Assembly (NCBI RefSeq): GCF_001194135.2
Contig: NC_068993.1
Coordinates: forward strand, 11,740,844-11,780,958
Length of the DNA: 40,115 bases
Direction of reading: 5' to 3'
From: Octopus bimaculoides
Taxonomy: Eukaryota
In this document: positions 1 to 13,894 of the stretch, piece by piece
Layout of the letters: every line of letters begins with the position of its first letter
Numbering within the stretch: the stretch's first letter is position 1
The notes under the pieces: generated by a model
What the model was told of the DNA's origin: nothing
Seen by the model: the letters and a program-made list of their open reading frames with translations, nothing else
Databases searched by the model: none
Made by a program: the position numbers and the translations under genes

Positions 1-389
1 GGAAGCGCTTCAATCTTGTTGATTCAACATGTGAAATAACAAATATGTAGAAGATATAGAGTGAGATAAGAATAAAATGATTGAAAGAAAATAAAATATT
101 GGAAAATGTAAACACAATATTCAGCAGAAAATTATACGATAAAAGCATACAAGAATTGAATGTCTGAGACAGCATACAAGGCCAAGAACTTTTGAAAGAT
201 GATCTGTAAACTAGACATTCGGAGTTATTAGGCTAAAAATAAAACCAAAAAAAACCCAAAAAACAATTGATTTAAGAAAAATAAAAACTTAAAATACTCC
301 TGATGAAACGAACGATTACGTATGAAACATATATAGGAATTAAACATATCTCAAACTGTGTAGGAAGTGTAAACACCAGAATTGACGGC

Positions 390-597
390 GCAGGTAGTTC
401 ATAGCAGCGTTCCTCAAGAAACAGGATGAAAGAGTGAGAGAAAGAGTATAACAGGGGTCGCCACCATCCCCTGGCGGAGTCTCGTGGAGATTTTAGGTGT
501 TTTTGTTCAATAAACACACACAATGCCAGGTCTGGGAACCGAAACCGCGATCCTCCAAACGCGATTCCGCTGCCCTAACCACTGGGCCATTGCGCCT
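390..597 (-). mobile_element. tRNA-derived SINE (5' head plus part of body)
   Basis: Minus strand starts GGCGCAATGGCCCAGTGGTTAG (A box TGGCCCAGTGG) with a B-box-like GGTTTCGGTTCC. It then runs into non-tRNA body sequence (..GGGGATGGTGGCGACCCCTG..) with no tRNA 3' acceptor strand. Confidence 0.8.
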
Positions 598-843
598 TAA
601 CATATATAAGTTTATATATGTTTTTTTTTATATATTTATATGAATATGTGTGTGCGTTTGTGGGACAACGGATTTTGAAATGGAAATCGTTCTTCACGAA
701 GGAAAAAGCGGGACAGAATCGCATGAGCAATCTTTTAAAGGAATAGAGATATATTTGTCACAGCGTGGATAAATTGATATGTCGAATCAAAAATAAATAC
801 AATTGCGGTATAGAATAAGTGATGTTTCGTCTGTGAATACCCA

Positions 844-858
844 TCTGTCTGTCTACCC

Positions 859-910
<52 letters not shown>

Positions 911-969
911 GCCTGCCTGCCTGCCTGTCTGCCTGTCTGCCTGCCTCTCTGTGTCTCTCTCTCTTTGTC

Positions 970-1012
<43 letters not shown>
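844..1012. repeat. Compound microsatellite (TCTG)n/(CCTG)n/(CT)n then (TA)n
   Basis: Directly visible; it explains ORFs 758..1036 and 803..1063. Confidence 0.97.
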
Positions 1013-1016
<4 letters not shown>

Positions 1017-1029
1017 CTTACGTTAAACG

Positions 1030-1460
1030 GAATCATTGTTACATATACATTTTGCCCGTTTAGTGTACATCAAGGAAAGACATCATAGGATGACTTGGAG
1101 ACTTCATCGAAAAACGTGTCAGAATCTGAAAGCATCAGCTGCGGAAGAATTGGAAAATCAAATCCTAGAATCAATTGTAGAGAAGGCAAATGATGGAGGG
1201 AGATAAGGACGTAAGAGTTTGCTGCCTCGCTGCAGTAGTATAGTGCACCCCAGGTATTTAGTGCATATGTGTACGGTACATCATCCAACAGAAACTTTTC
1301 CCCCAGTAAAGGAATTTAAAAAAAGAATCAACATATATATATATAAATATAAACGATATAGAATAGATCTGGAGATAAGATCAATCCCTCATTCATTGTG
1401 AAGTTTTAGAGAAAGAGTGATGTTATATAAATTGGTAAAAATAGCTGAACAGCTTCGCAC
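1030..1460 (+). mobile_element. Highly decayed C-terminal fragment of an RLE-type (R4/Dong-like) non-LTR retrotransposon
   Basis: Pieces across frames read ARLVYIKERHHRMTWRLHRKTCQNL..EELENQILESIVEKAN, then PTETFPPVKEFKK..KYK(D)IEIDLE and LYKLVKIA. They run collinear with the remembered R4-type motif order LAQxEYKRRHD..HWxLC..KWYEHxPExVxEN / PxDxNxSVKEFEKLxKYKDLEIEI / LYEIQKIA. Stops and frameshifts are present. Confidence 0.5.
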
Positions 1461-1879
1461 AATTTCCGTGGGTATAGATCACAAAAGAATGTTTTTCGGA
1501 AGTACGGATGTGCCTCGAAAAGAAATATCGATAACAAAAAAGAGAAAACTACACACAAAAAATCGTATAAGTATACATATAATTTACATAGGTTGTGAAG
1601 GAATACATCAATAGATTATAAATGGTGTACGAATCGACCCCCACAAATATTTCCATAGTGTATCGACATTTGTAAAAGGAACGACAACGTTGAATCTTTT
1701 GCATCGTTTGGAACTAAAAAGATTTTAAAAAAGCAAGAGAAGTGAGAAACTCCATAGAGAAAATATCCACTAACGGTGTTTTACATGACTTTGTCTTTTC
1801 TTAAAGGAAACAGAAAAGTACAAAATTCAATGTAATAGAATTCTTAATATATAAAAATGTATCTCTCTTTTTCCTATTT

Positions 1880-2306
1880 CTGTATATATGCATGTATGTA
1901 TGTATAGGTATGTAGATACATTTATATAACGTATGTCTCTATATATATGTATGTATGTATACATATGTATATATATAATGTATGTATGTATATGCATGTT
2001 TGTATATATATACATATATACGTATGTATGTTTATATATATATATATATATATATACGTATGTATGTTTATATATANNNNNNNNNNNNNNNNNNNNNNNN
2101 NNNNNNNNNNNNNNNNNNNNNNNNNNNNNNNNNNNNNNNNNNNNNNNNNNNNNNNNNNNNNNNNNNNNNNNNNNNNNNNNNNNNNNNNNNNNNNNNNNNN
2201 NNNNNNNNNNNNNNNNNNNNNNNNNNNNNNNNNNNNNNNNNNNNNNNNNNNNNNNNNNNNNNNNNNTATATATATATATATATATATATTTATACATATA
2301 TATATA
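1880..2306. repeat. (TATG)n/(TA)n microsatellite spanning assembly gap 2077-2266
   Basis: Directly visible. Confidence 0.95.
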
Positions 2307-2307
2307 T

Positions 2308-2585
2308 GCTGAGAACCCCTTCGGTCATGACCGACCATGGAATTGCACCTAGAAAGTTACCCTTCGAGGCACAAGTCCTAGAAAGTTTGTTTATGGAAGA
2401 CCAGCAGTTGCCCATGTATACCGATCTCCCCTCTCCACGCCACCAGTGTTATCGAAGGGAAAGGCAAAGACCGATACAGCTTGGCACCTGTGACGTCACA
2501 ACTAATTTCTACAGCTGAGCGAACTGGAGCAACGTGAAATGAAGTGTCTTGCTCAAGAACAACACAAGCCTTCCCGGTCGTGGAT
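2308..2585 (-). mobile_element. tRNA/CORE-like SINE, head-truncated; same family as 19437-19768
   Basis: Collinear similarity to 19437-19768 over about 270 bp, e.g. shared CTAGAAAGTTACCCT, GTTTATGGAAGACCAG, AAGGGAAAGGCAAAG, CTAATTTCTACAGCTGA and GAACTGGAGCAACGTGAAAT. Confidence 0.88.
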
Positions 2586-5500
2586 AAAACATCCAATGAA
2601 TATACTGGGTAGTTGCCGATCCGTAGTTTAACTATAAGTTAACCATATAAACCTTGGCTCATATATTTATATATTTAAAGAATAAGGAATAAACGGAGAG
2701 GTAATTAATAGAATATTATATATTAATTATAACAACTTCTCTGACAGCTGTTTCCATTCAGTAATCTTTAGATAATTCATTTATAACATTAAAATCATTA
2801 TAGGACGAAATCGTCAGAGGTAATGAAAGTATGCCAATTAGAAATACTTGTTTAGATAATGGCTATAAACCGTTAACTGATAGCATATATATTAAAAGAG
2901 CCGGTTACGAAAGGCCTCAATCCAACATAAGGGGAGAGAGAGGTGTATATTTTATGTCTTAAAAGAGGAAAAGAAGGGATTAATATATCATAGGGTAATG
3001 AGGAGAAAAAGGAAGAGAAAAAGAAGAAAAAATTATGTATATATATAAATATATAATAATGCCATATAATATCATACTGTAATACAAAAAATTTAACGTT
3101 ATAACATTTAAATCAAGTAGAAGAAAACCGTGGCAATTATTTATTCACCGAAATTACCAGAGAGGGATAATTTCTAAATATAATAATAATAATAATAATT
3201 ATAGCTTATGGTTTATATTTATAATAATAATGAAATAAAATTGAATGTAAATGAATAAATGGAAAGTCTAGAATAAGATGGAAAGAGAAATATCAAAATA
3301 CATAATATATCCTTACATGTCTTAAGAAAATATATTTCAAGACTCTAATAATAACGACAATAATAATAAACTATTAGATAAGAAAATATTAATAAAATTC
3401 AGACATGCAGCGTTCCCTTAGAGGAACCGGAAGTAAATATGCTATGAAACATGCTTAAGGGCATAAAAGAATTATTAAGAAAATAAATATTATGTAAGAG
3501 GAAATACCTATATATACAGAAATAAATTGGAAATAAAATAAAATAAAATAAATGACACTGAATTACGTAAAATGCCTTGGTGTATAGCAGGGATGTAGGG
3601 AAAATATGTATATAAAGATAGCAAAGCCGTACAAATTTAAACGGGAACATATTTGAAAGTGTAATCAGAGGTAATGATAATATATTGGTCTATTTAAGTA
3701 GTGAATTAGGAATCAGCTCAATATGCTATTAATGTGGCACATTGTAGTACTAAATAAAATATGATATATAATAAAATATTAAATAAATAAAAAAAAATAA
3801 AAAACACAATCGAGGATAAATAAAGAAGTTATTAATAAATCAGGATTAAAAGATATTTATACCTACGTATGTACGAGAATTCTAACCCTCTTAATTAGGG
3901 GTTCGTATACAAGTAGACGTATTATAAACTAGTTATTATATACGAAATATTAAGACTAATTTAGAAATAAGCTTGGTTATACATCACAAATAAATCCGTC
4001 ATTCTTTTTTATAACATTGAGCTAAACAGTTAAGGGGAGGTAATAAGTGATTTACCAAATATTTTGAATTTTCATAAACTAACTAGTGTTTTATAAGACT
4101 TAACATGCATTTAATTAGGTAGATCAGCTTACATGCAAAATGTAATTTTATACAAAGATTATAACAGATGAAAGAATAAGTTAAGCAAATAAAATAAATT
4201 AAAATCAAATAAAATAGTTAACCTTAAACATAACTAAGTTGTCATATTGTATAATTAATAGATAATATTTTATTAATTACCTCTTTGAGTTTAATTTGAG
4301 TTGTTCTTGTGTGAATCCAATCTGGTCATAAACAAACCAAAAAGAGCTTTCAACTTAAGAGAGTTCCTGGTATTGGTAAGCACTTTTTTATACATGTATG
4401 TATGTACATACATGTATGATGTATGTAGGCTAGCCCGGATGATGAAGTAGGCTAGCCCAATACGTAGAAGTAGAAGGAGAAGTCTAAACGTCGCAGTAGT
4501 TGAGCAGAGGTCACCCGAAAATGCGATATAACAGTATGTATGTCTCTTCTATTTTTTTAATTATCATAAATCCAGACAGTAGATTTTCACCATTCGGAAA
4601 CTCCAAAAATGCGAAAAAGCACATTTTCTGTGGCAGCATATGACAACATGCGATTGTCTCGCCGGTACAGCGGACCCCACCACATATGCACACACACACA
4701 AACACGTAGACACTCACACACACACACACGCATACTCACGCACACTCACACACACATATATATGTAAATACATTTAACGATGACACTTGCTGCTATCGTT
4801 CTATCGACCTTTTCAAAAGGACCTATGACGTTCTGCATGCGCCCAACCAATCACAATAAATTCAAAGTTACATTAAAATACGTTTTCAACTGTCTATCAT
4901 ACACCTTTCATCTTTCTCGGCATACGACCAGAAATGTCTAAAGACTTTAATTTATCAATCGAGAAATAGCTTACAAAACATAGTATATAAGATAGCATGT
5001 TCAGAATACTATACTGTACACTAGCAATTGGATCGACAGAGGCCACATTATTATAATCTGTTTTATACTGGCCATCGTTAATGATTTGCATTTTCATTTC
5101 TGTTCTTAAATTATTTTGTCGAATCTTGTTTTTACAGGATGAACATGATTAATCGTTTACACGATTATGATGATGACTGTACAGCCACCATCACACTCTA
5201 TAGTATTTCCTTATCTCTAACTCCACATCCTCTTCTGTCTCATTGAAATTACAATCATCACCATCACATATTGTCTGATAACCGAATCAATGGAATTCCT
5301 ATGTTTTTAAATCCCTATGTCAATATTTGTATCATTACTGGAACTAAGGACGATCTGATAATTGCATTTATCGATTATTTCTGTCATCATTTTAATTTTT
5401 GTTGTTAGTGTTATTGTATGACTCATTTGGCAAAGCTGTACTAGCGGTTTCTATTTAATACATTTGAAAAAAAAACAAAACAACATTCGCTTCTTTCTTC

Positions 5501-6137
5501 TGAGCTTCGTATCTGTTATTTTAATTTTCTTCTACTAATCTGTATAATGGTTCGATTTACTCCCATTTTTATATTTAAAACACTTTATTATCATGGGCCC
5601 AAGAAATTGCCATTTTATATGGATATTTTTGCTTTATAAAACCCTGTGCGCATTACCATCTTTTGCGATCAAATTTCCGCAGAGATATTCCAAGTTTTAT
5701 GTCAAGGTTATTAAGGAATACAACAAAAATTACATATGAATCTTTTCGTATGTATCTGTTTTAACATTCTGTATTTTTCAACAATACATTCTTCGCTTGT
5801 GATATTTGTTACATTATTTTGTATAATAATTATCAGTAGTACAACAGCTGTTTTATTTATTTTCGCATCTTTTTACTAAGCACGTGTATTTCATATTCTT
5901 ATACTAAGACACATTTACGTGGGTACGGGTGTTTCTTATGTTTTCTATAATTGCAGACAATATGTATCAATGGCAGCTCCATCAATCATTTGTATCTTAT
6001 GGACTGTGTGAATTCGGTTACTTATGATAAATAGTTTCGAACATAAACGGAGTATTTTGTTTACTTCATTTTACTTCATATTTGGTAATACAGCAATTGC
6101 CTGTATAGTAATGTATTTGGAATATGATGGATGTGTA

Positions 6138-6140
<3 letters not shown>

Positions 6141-6216
<76 letters not shown>
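6141..6216. repeat. (TA)n microsatellite
   Basis: Directly visible. Confidence 0.98.
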
Positions 6217-6217
<1 letters not shown>

Positions 6218-7333
6218 CCCAGAATCATTGCTAGTAGAACTGAACTAAATCACCTTAAGCTGTGAATTGGTCATGTGATTCTGTCTGCACTCGCTAGAAA
6301 ATGATCGTTGTATTGCACTCTCCAATATTGTATTTTACTAATGTTGTTTTCTTATGCAACTACATAATAAGTAAAGGGAGATAAATGAGATTGGTAGAAA
6401 ATGCGCAGCTATGAAAATGACTAAATGAAATTGAAGGGGATGTAGTATAATATAAAGTGAGATAAGTGTACGAAAGCGAATCTAAGTGCATATACTTTTT
6501 GGTATAAATGTCTTGGCACAACTGTGATGTTAATACTACTGTACGATCGTATATTTAATTCTGATGATAAAAATGAATGGATTCCATCTTTTTATCTACA
6601 AAGCTGCTGGTGAATTATATTTTTTTTCCTTCCATAGTCATTTCATTTGGTTTCGTAAAAAGAAATGGCTTGTAGCTCTGTCTGTCTAGAACATTAAACT
6701 GAAGTGTACTTGGTTAGCATGTTTATTAAACATTGAAGGTATTTGAGGAGGAAATGAGTCCTCCTTGTAATGCTGTAAATATTAAAAAATGCCTTTGGCC
6801 TCGACGTCGCTGTTGCATTATATATAATGCTTTGGCCTTAATTCAATTGAATCAAATGTCCATAGTTTTCGAGTAGAATTTTGTATTTGTAAATCTACAC
6901 GTCATGGTAAGTGGCTCTTGGAAGCTAGACGCACGGGTTCTTTTTCCTTTAGCTAAATTCCCCACAGAAACTCCCTTAGTTCAGCGTAGTTTTCGCCAAC
7001 AATTGATAGATCATGAGGGAACTTAAAATGTGATGCATCAAACAGCTACAGTAGCGGTAGGAATAGGATACACATATTACATTAGTTACTTCGCGGTAAT
7101 GTTAATAATGTATTTGATTCCTATTTATTGAACAGTATATTTACATTTAATTCACATTAACTTTATATTTCATTATATATCGGACATCGAGTCATGGCTC
7201 TTTGCGAGAAATTGATAATCTGCAATTATTTCATTGCACCGACTACAATGTTTCGTGAAACTTTCGTGTCGAATTAGTTTAGCAATTATATTTTGCATTT
7301 CGAAATCTCTTATTTTTGCGTATCGATAATTTC

Positions 7334-7644
7334 GCGTAGCTTGGTGTTTAGGGTATTCGACCTGTGATCGTTTAGCCTTCAGTTCGATCCTGCCGGCACG
7401 TTGCGTCCTTGAACAAGATATTTCATTTTACGTTGTTCCAGTTCACCCATCTGGCAAAAATGAGTAGTACCTGTATTTCAATGGGCAGACCTTGTAACAG
7501 TATCACGCTGAATCTCCCTCAGAAATACGGTAAGGGCTCGCGTGTCTATAAAGTGCTCAACCAGTTACACGTTAATTTCTGGAGCTGGATGTTCTGTTGA
7601 ACAGATCAACTGGAACTCTCGTTGTCATAACCGGTAGAATACCA
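7334..7644 (+). mobile_element. tRNA/CORE-like SINE, diverged near-full-length copy; same family as 38733-39010
   Basis: Degenerate tRNA head (AGTTCGATCC at about 7381) and central domain GTCCTTGAACAAGATATTTCATTTTACGTTGTTCCAGTTCAC..AAAATGAGT. The tail ACCTGTATTTCAA..CACGTTAATTTC..TAACCG is shared with the 38.7-39.0 kb copy. Confidence 0.85.
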
Positions 7645-9226
7645 GGTTTGGTTGTTTAATACCTTTGAATCCTAAGCAATAAAATAGGGTGCTTCAAACA
7701 CAGCCTACACCACTGATGAATGCTTGCATGTTGTAATAACTTTTCGTATAATAATTCTATTAGTGTATACGTGGAACATGCATGAACTTGTAATAAAACG
7801 GTCAACGGAATGATGAGCAGTATTATTATATACACATTCATAAATTGTTAAGATATATCATTCCACTGTCAAAAGGCAGTGACGAATGCATGTTGACATT
7901 TATTGAAAAATACTTGTATTTGTAATGAGTATGGGTTAAAGCTATTGCAAGGAGTCTGTTTACTATAAAATCGTATAACTGGTATAAATATTATTTCGTA
8001 CAGGTTGATATATTTTCGAAGAATTATTATACATGATTGCAGATACATAATACAAAATTGTATAGAATATAAGTTAAACAGCAGTGTCTGTAAAGTATCG
8101 ATACATGTCAAATCTTTGTTGTTTCTGTTTCAAAGCATTAATCCATATTACTCAGATTTCTCCTTACTTCTCCTTTGGATTTCCAACAGCCTGACATTCT
8201 TAAGCTGTCATTTCAAGTATTTGCAAAGTTGAAAGTAACTTTATACTTTACTTACGTAAATGTCACTGGAGAACCCTAAACAGATTGCTATCAATTGATC
8301 TCACTATGTATTGCTTAGATGTTGAATATCCCCGTGTACTTGTTAAAGACACAAGTATATGAAAACGCTCTTAATATTGTCAGATATTCGTTTGATATCT
8401 CATTGGACATTAGCTTTGCACTTCAAAACTTCATTTACTAGTAACAGCCTCTTTAGTACAATATGTTGCTTTAATTCTTTAGTGCACGAACAATTTTATC
8501 TGAAACGCATAAGGCTTCATACGTTTTTTGAAAGTTTCCAATCCTATGGAATTTTTCTGTACATCCGTTTTCGAGGTCAAAGAAAAGAAATCGAGTCTTT
8601 TAATCAATCTTTTCTACACCATGCCTAATGTAAACGTGNNNNNNNNNNNNNNNNNNNNNNNNNNNNNNNNNNNNNNNNNNNNNNNNNNNNNNNNNNNNNN
8701 NNNNNNNNNNNNNNNNNNNNNNNNNNNNNNATATATATATATATATATATATAAGATCCAAGGAAAGTTAGCTGCAAGCAATCTGTAGTAAATATAATAA
8801 ACAGCTCTCAGGGACAATATAGGTTTATTGAAACAGAAGGTTGTGGATATTTTTTTCTTATAAAGTTACGATTAATTGAAAAAAGTTCTTTTTACATTTC
8901 ACGGTAGGCAACTGGGGTTTCTGGGTATGCGAATAAGAATACAAGAGTTGAGGAATGGCGCAGATAAGATCCGGGCTAGATATGTTTTATAGCAAGCGGT
9001 ACACGGGAAGTGGTAAAAATTCAAGCGAGGTGTATATCGCTGGCAACTCTATATGCCAAGGATATTTCGTTTAAATGAAAGTTTACATTGTCGCAAGGAG
9101 GTACATGCTACCCCATGGAAGATTCAATCAAAATTAAAGAGTTACGAGGATATTATGATATATTTCAATGCATAGTGTTATTTTATTCTTCCGAAGCTTG
9201 CTGGTGTGACGGTTTCCTCATAGTAA

Positions 9227-9420
9227 GTCGGCGAGGTGGCGCAAACGTTTGCACGCCGGGCGAAAAGATTAGCGATATTTCATCTGTCTATACGTTCTGA
9301 GTTCAAATTCCACCGAGGTCGACTTTGCCTGTCATCTTTATGGGGTACGGGGGGTCGATCTAATCGACTGGCTTCCTTCTCAAAAACTTCGGGCCGTTTG
9401 CCTAGAGTAGAAAATAATAT
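9227..9420 (+). mobile_element. tRNA-derived SINE of the GGCGGCGAGCTGGCAG-head family (internal deletion)
   Basis: Reverse-complement match to the copies at 13.9-14.5 kb: CGTTCTGAGTTCAAATTCCACCGAGGTCGACTTTGCC, with tail GCCTAGAGTAGAAA. Confidence 0.85.
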
Positions 9421-10828
9421 TTACTTATAGTGATATTATTGCTTTAATCACATATTTCATTTTTAGTGACATCTGCAACTTTAAAAATATTTTTTTTCTT
9501 ATAATTGTTAAAATATCAAGTAATTGATATAAACCAAATTTCTATGTTCTTTTTAAGTTTCATTATAAGGAGCGATTTTAGACTTATGAGCATGATATCA
9601 AGGAATAATTTACAAATAAAGTGAGCACATTTGTGCTCTTTCTGTTTAAAAATTTTGTGTCCCTCCATTTTTTTGTCCCAACAGTGTAAATTTCTCGTGC
9701 AACTCTTTCTATTTCGCTCACGAATTGGACCACTATTCGGCACACTACTACCAATACAGTTTTGTCATTAGAACTTTACAATAATTTTGTAATTAACGGA
9801 ATACGTAGCTTTGACTACTTTCAGGGATCTCATCGTAACAGGTCCAGTAACACATCAATGTTACTCGCATTTGATTCACTTCTGTTAAAAGTGTTCATTG
9901 CCAAGTAGATTCCCTTATAATCGCAAGATGTCTACTGCAAACTGCAGTAACTAATATATATATATATATATATATATAGACAGAGAGAGAGCGAGACGCA
10001 CGTGAGTGTGCGTATGTATACATGCATTCATTTGTTAATATCTGTAACACAATGTATGAAACTGTGTGAATTCATCAGCGGTGAATAAAGAAGATGATTT
10101 TTGGCTAATCTGTTTCGTGTTAATAATGTATCCTTCCTCTTCTACTCGTACAATGATAATGTGAAAGACAAAAGTACAAGTAAAATATAGCTGCTATTTA
10201 TTGATATAATCCTGTTTCTTTTGATTCCGTTCAACTGCTGTGAAGACGTCCATAGTTTTAGTAACATTGCTAATAACTTTCAGCTTTGATGTACTTACAT
10301 TGCTAGCAGACTAGGTAGGTGATTTAGCGTATAATAGTTTAATTAAATACAGATATACGCTTTGTCTACCTCTCTACATTTATATATGTGTTTCTATCTA
10401 TCACACTCGAACTCGCACTTCTTTATACAGACATACTTGTACGTTCACACATGTATATACAAAGAGATTAATACGTATCTACACACACACGAACGCAAAC
10501 ATTTGTACACGTGTACATATATACTTATATATACACACACATACATATATATGAATGTGTAGGTGTGAGTTTATGTAGCTTATATTCACTGTTGTATTAG
10601 TACATCATTCTCAACAAATTAAAAAAAAAGTGTATATTGAGATAGTCACAAGTGTGAAATGTCTCGGCAGAATATTAGTAAAAGTGCACATAACTATTTC
10701 AGCTTATTTCATGGTGTTTTCCATTTACCTAAACAGCAAAAACTACAAAAACAGCAATAGAAACAAAATTGTCATTATGTTGTCACGTCCTACTGTTTAT
10801 ATTGCTTCTTGTTATTTTTTATTCAGAA

Positions 10829-10837
10829 ATAATAACA

Positions 10838-10898
<61 letters not shown>
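10829..10898. repeat. (AAT)n microsatellite
   Basis: Directly visible. Confidence 0.97.
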
Positions 10899-10901
<3 letters not shown>

Positions 10902-11559
10902 TATTCCTCACTGCTAAAAGCGAAAACATAAGTATAAAAATATACTGTTATATAGCATAATATATTATTCCTACCAAATTCGTCTTGAACGTAATAGTCT
11001 ATTGTTCGTCTGTTGGTTGGAAGTAGTTGAAATTCATGTAATAAATTTCTGAGGCATCCATAGTAACAGAGCGGTGAAACGTTTTTATCTGAGCTATTAT
11101 TGAGCATTAGATTCGCTATAACCCAGCACACCTGTGCTAGTCAGTTGAACATTGTAAGAAGTCTCATATCTGTTGTTTACAATATATTGTAGCACCGCTT
11201 CGCGGCCAGAGAAACCGATTATAACAATCAAATCATAGAAACTAGAAGATGGATAAAATCTAGCCCAGATTGTAGTACGAAATGTAAGACATATTGATAG
11301 CTGATGAGTTACAAAATATATAAACTGTAACATTTATACTTGGGCGAGATCTGTATGCAATGCCAAGTGCGGAAATGTATGTTTATATTATTTAATATGG
11401 TAGTGGTGGTGTCCTTATGGGGTCTACATTTAGCTTATTGAGTGTCCACCTAGTGGTCATCCCTCTTATATGTATGTAATATCATTTTTCTGAATCTTCA
11501 GATTTTTCAGTATGCTAGTATACTGGTTTAAATATCAAGTTTGTACCCCTATTATTTAA

Positions 11560-11562
<3 letters not shown>

Positions 11563-11600
<38 letters not shown>

Positions 11601-11850
11601 AAATGGCTGATAGTTAGCAAAGTGAGACACACATAAGAAAGAAGGAAACAAAGGACCACTGATGAGGTCACAGAAGTCTGACGAAAGAACTCTGGCCGAA
11701 ATAAGATTAAGATTAATGTAATATAAAGCTGAAGCAAATTAACACCAAATATACAGTGCGTGTGTTTTTATTGGCTAAACTGGCATTATGNNNNNNNNNN
11801 TATATATATATATATATATATATATTTACACACACACACACACACACACA
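11563..11850. repeat. (TA)n and (CA)n tracts around 10-N gap 11791-11800
   Basis: Directly visible; unique sequence lies between the tracts at 11599-11790. Confidence 0.85.
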
Positions 11851-12897
11851 GCGTACCCTTGGCAATTAAGTCACGAAATTATATCCACAACTAGAAACGA
11901 GATTGAAGGCTAATCACGCAAAACTATGAATTTAAAGAAAAATAAATACATGATTAGTTAAATACAACCGGTTAACAGATAGTCTCGAGGACGGTAGGGA
12001 AGTGAATAGGTGCAAGTGTCAGCTAGCACTTTCTCTCTGATCATTTTAATGACCGCACGAACCACGGCAATTGTCAACAAGTATACTCTACCATAAGTCC
12101 TCTCTATACTCCTACAACATCTCCTTTAGTTGGGCGTTGAAATCTAGAGAACCCTGTAACCACATGATTTTAAAGATTGTTGAATACTTCCTGGGTCTGT
12201 GCGAAATGGAGAAATATCACGCTAGAAACCCCACGCTCGCGTGTATTAAAACATTGTTTGTTTGACTGATCTTATGGATTCCATTTTAGTTGAGGTTTTG
12301 AAGTATCATTGTCCATCAAACCGGGAGAAAACGAACGTGGCAAGCTACGATAGCTCCCCAACTCCATGCACTCAGAAACGAAATCAATAGCTCCAATGAG
12401 AGTTGATGTAATTCTCAAAATATCGCGTTACATTTCAGGCAGAATGTTTCGAAATGCACTCTGAAATACACATCTCTAAATGACAGAGAATTTCAAAATC
12501 TCCAGATTACTTTAGCAATATCTATTACGTTCATGACTTTAGTCAACACTAGTATACAGGAAACCTGTCCATATCAAAATTCTAAGGATCATATTCACCC
12601 AGGCGTATAATAAACTAACTGGAGATCATTGATATTAGTCGACTATGTTAATTTAATCTATTCATATATTGTTTGAGAACTCACATGTTCTACATGTTCT
12701 AAACAATTTTAATAAGATTTGTTAATAGATTGAGATATTTTGTCGAAGGCATACTGTAGTGAAGAAGCTCGCATTGTTGTCACATCGTTTTGGATTTAGC
12801 CTTATTTCTCAGTACATTGAGCGGGTGTTTTCTACCATATCCCTGGGTAAACGACTGCTATTTGAGTGAAGGAGGGACGGAAACTATGGACGTCCGT

Positions 12898-12930
12898 CAC
12901 ACACACACACATACGCACACACACACACAT

Positions 12931-12977
<47 letters not shown>

Positions 12978-13015
12978 ANNNNNNNNNNCACACACACACA
13001 CACACATATATATAA

Positions 13016-13050
<35 letters not shown>
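12898..13050. repeat. (CA)n / (TG)n microsatellites around 10-N gap 12979-12988
   Basis: Directly visible. Confidence 0.95.
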
Positions 13051-13053
<3 letters not shown>

Positions 13054-13109
13054 ATGCGCATGTATGTGTTTACGATTTTTTTTCAGAAATCACCTGGAAA
13101 AACTGTGTT

Positions 13110-13265
13110 GGCCTTTTTGTGTCACTGTGAATTAGCGGTTCGGCAAAAGGCTCCAATATATTTGGTGTTAGACTTTTTAAAATGTACCTGTGTCGATTTG
13201 TTTGATTAAGCCATTCAAGGCGGTGCCCTAGTTACCTGCACTCCAACAAAGGCAAGAAGTAAAAT
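13110..13265 (+). mobile_element. SINE 3' half (family with TTAGCGGTTCGGCAAAAG..TCAAGGCGGT), diverged
   Basis: Collinear with 15905-16110 (TTAGC..G(A/G)CAAAA, TCAAGGCGGT). It follows a (TG)n tract, and the other copy also begins TG-rich. Confidence 0.65.
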
Positions 13266-13894
13266 GCTAACGATAAAACAGGACACCAACTAATACACAC
13301 ATGCATACACATTTATAGTAAGGTTGCCTAAATGGAAAAGTTCATTTTATATTTCTCTATTTCGGGTTTAAGTAAGAAATAGAAAATTGTGTGGGGCTGA
13401 TCATCCTTTCCCCATATATATTGGTTACTGTAACGTGTGCTGAATCGTAGAGTTAACTATAATTTATCTGCTTCTAGGATTCCTTTTCTGTTGTTCTTAT
13501 TTCGTTTCAGTATATCCACGGTGATGGATTTCTAAGATTTGGTAAATCTAGCTAAGTCGAAGCATTCTTGTAGGTGGATATTTCTTATTGTATTAGGGAT
13601 GCAATATTTCAAGTAGCATCTTATGAAATTTATTTGGTAACAGATAATCGCTCAATATTCTGATAGTTTGAATTGACTTTGCGGTAACCATCAAAGCAAC
13701 GGAGCGTAACCTTAGAAGTTTGAAGATCAAGAAAGATATTCGAAGATATCCGCATTAATAAACGGAAGTCATCGATCAACAATAGACAAGAATGTGACGA
13801 GGCAAACTGACTATTATAACAATACCATTCTTCACCTGTCACAATCCACACCGTCTCCTCTATATCTAAACAAAAGATCCCAGTTTGACGCCAT

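Noticed and set aside
292-345. Hammerhead-like CTGATGA..GAAAC
   Set aside because: Stem II is only 3 bp and out of register, and stems I and III do not pair properly.
1066-1120. MYND-finger-like spacing Y..H....W..H...C
   Set aside because: The upstream CxxC pairs and the YC cysteine are absent. The R4-type RH/HWxLC region explains it better, given the downstream collinear motifs.
4320-4860. Donor-like TTG|GTAAGC (4376), GTAGGCTAGCCC x2 (4425, 4447), TGACGT and CCAAT motifs as a promoter or first exon
   Set aside because: Short motifs are expected by chance, and there is no CpG enrichment or linked ORF.
5957-6085. Apparent exon between TTGCAG| and |GTAATA
   Set aside because: All three frames contain stops; there is no support beyond the splice-like dinucleotides.
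6815-6830. Perfect palindromes GCATTATATATAATGC and TCTACGCGCGTAGA (18902-18915)
   Set aside because: Both are short and centred on dinucleotide repeats, which are self-complementary anyway.
8440-8600. Minus-strand peptide KKRMKPYAFQIKLFVH resembling a Tc1/mariner PYKIQ motif
   Set aside because: A single weak motif with no DDE region or TIRs.
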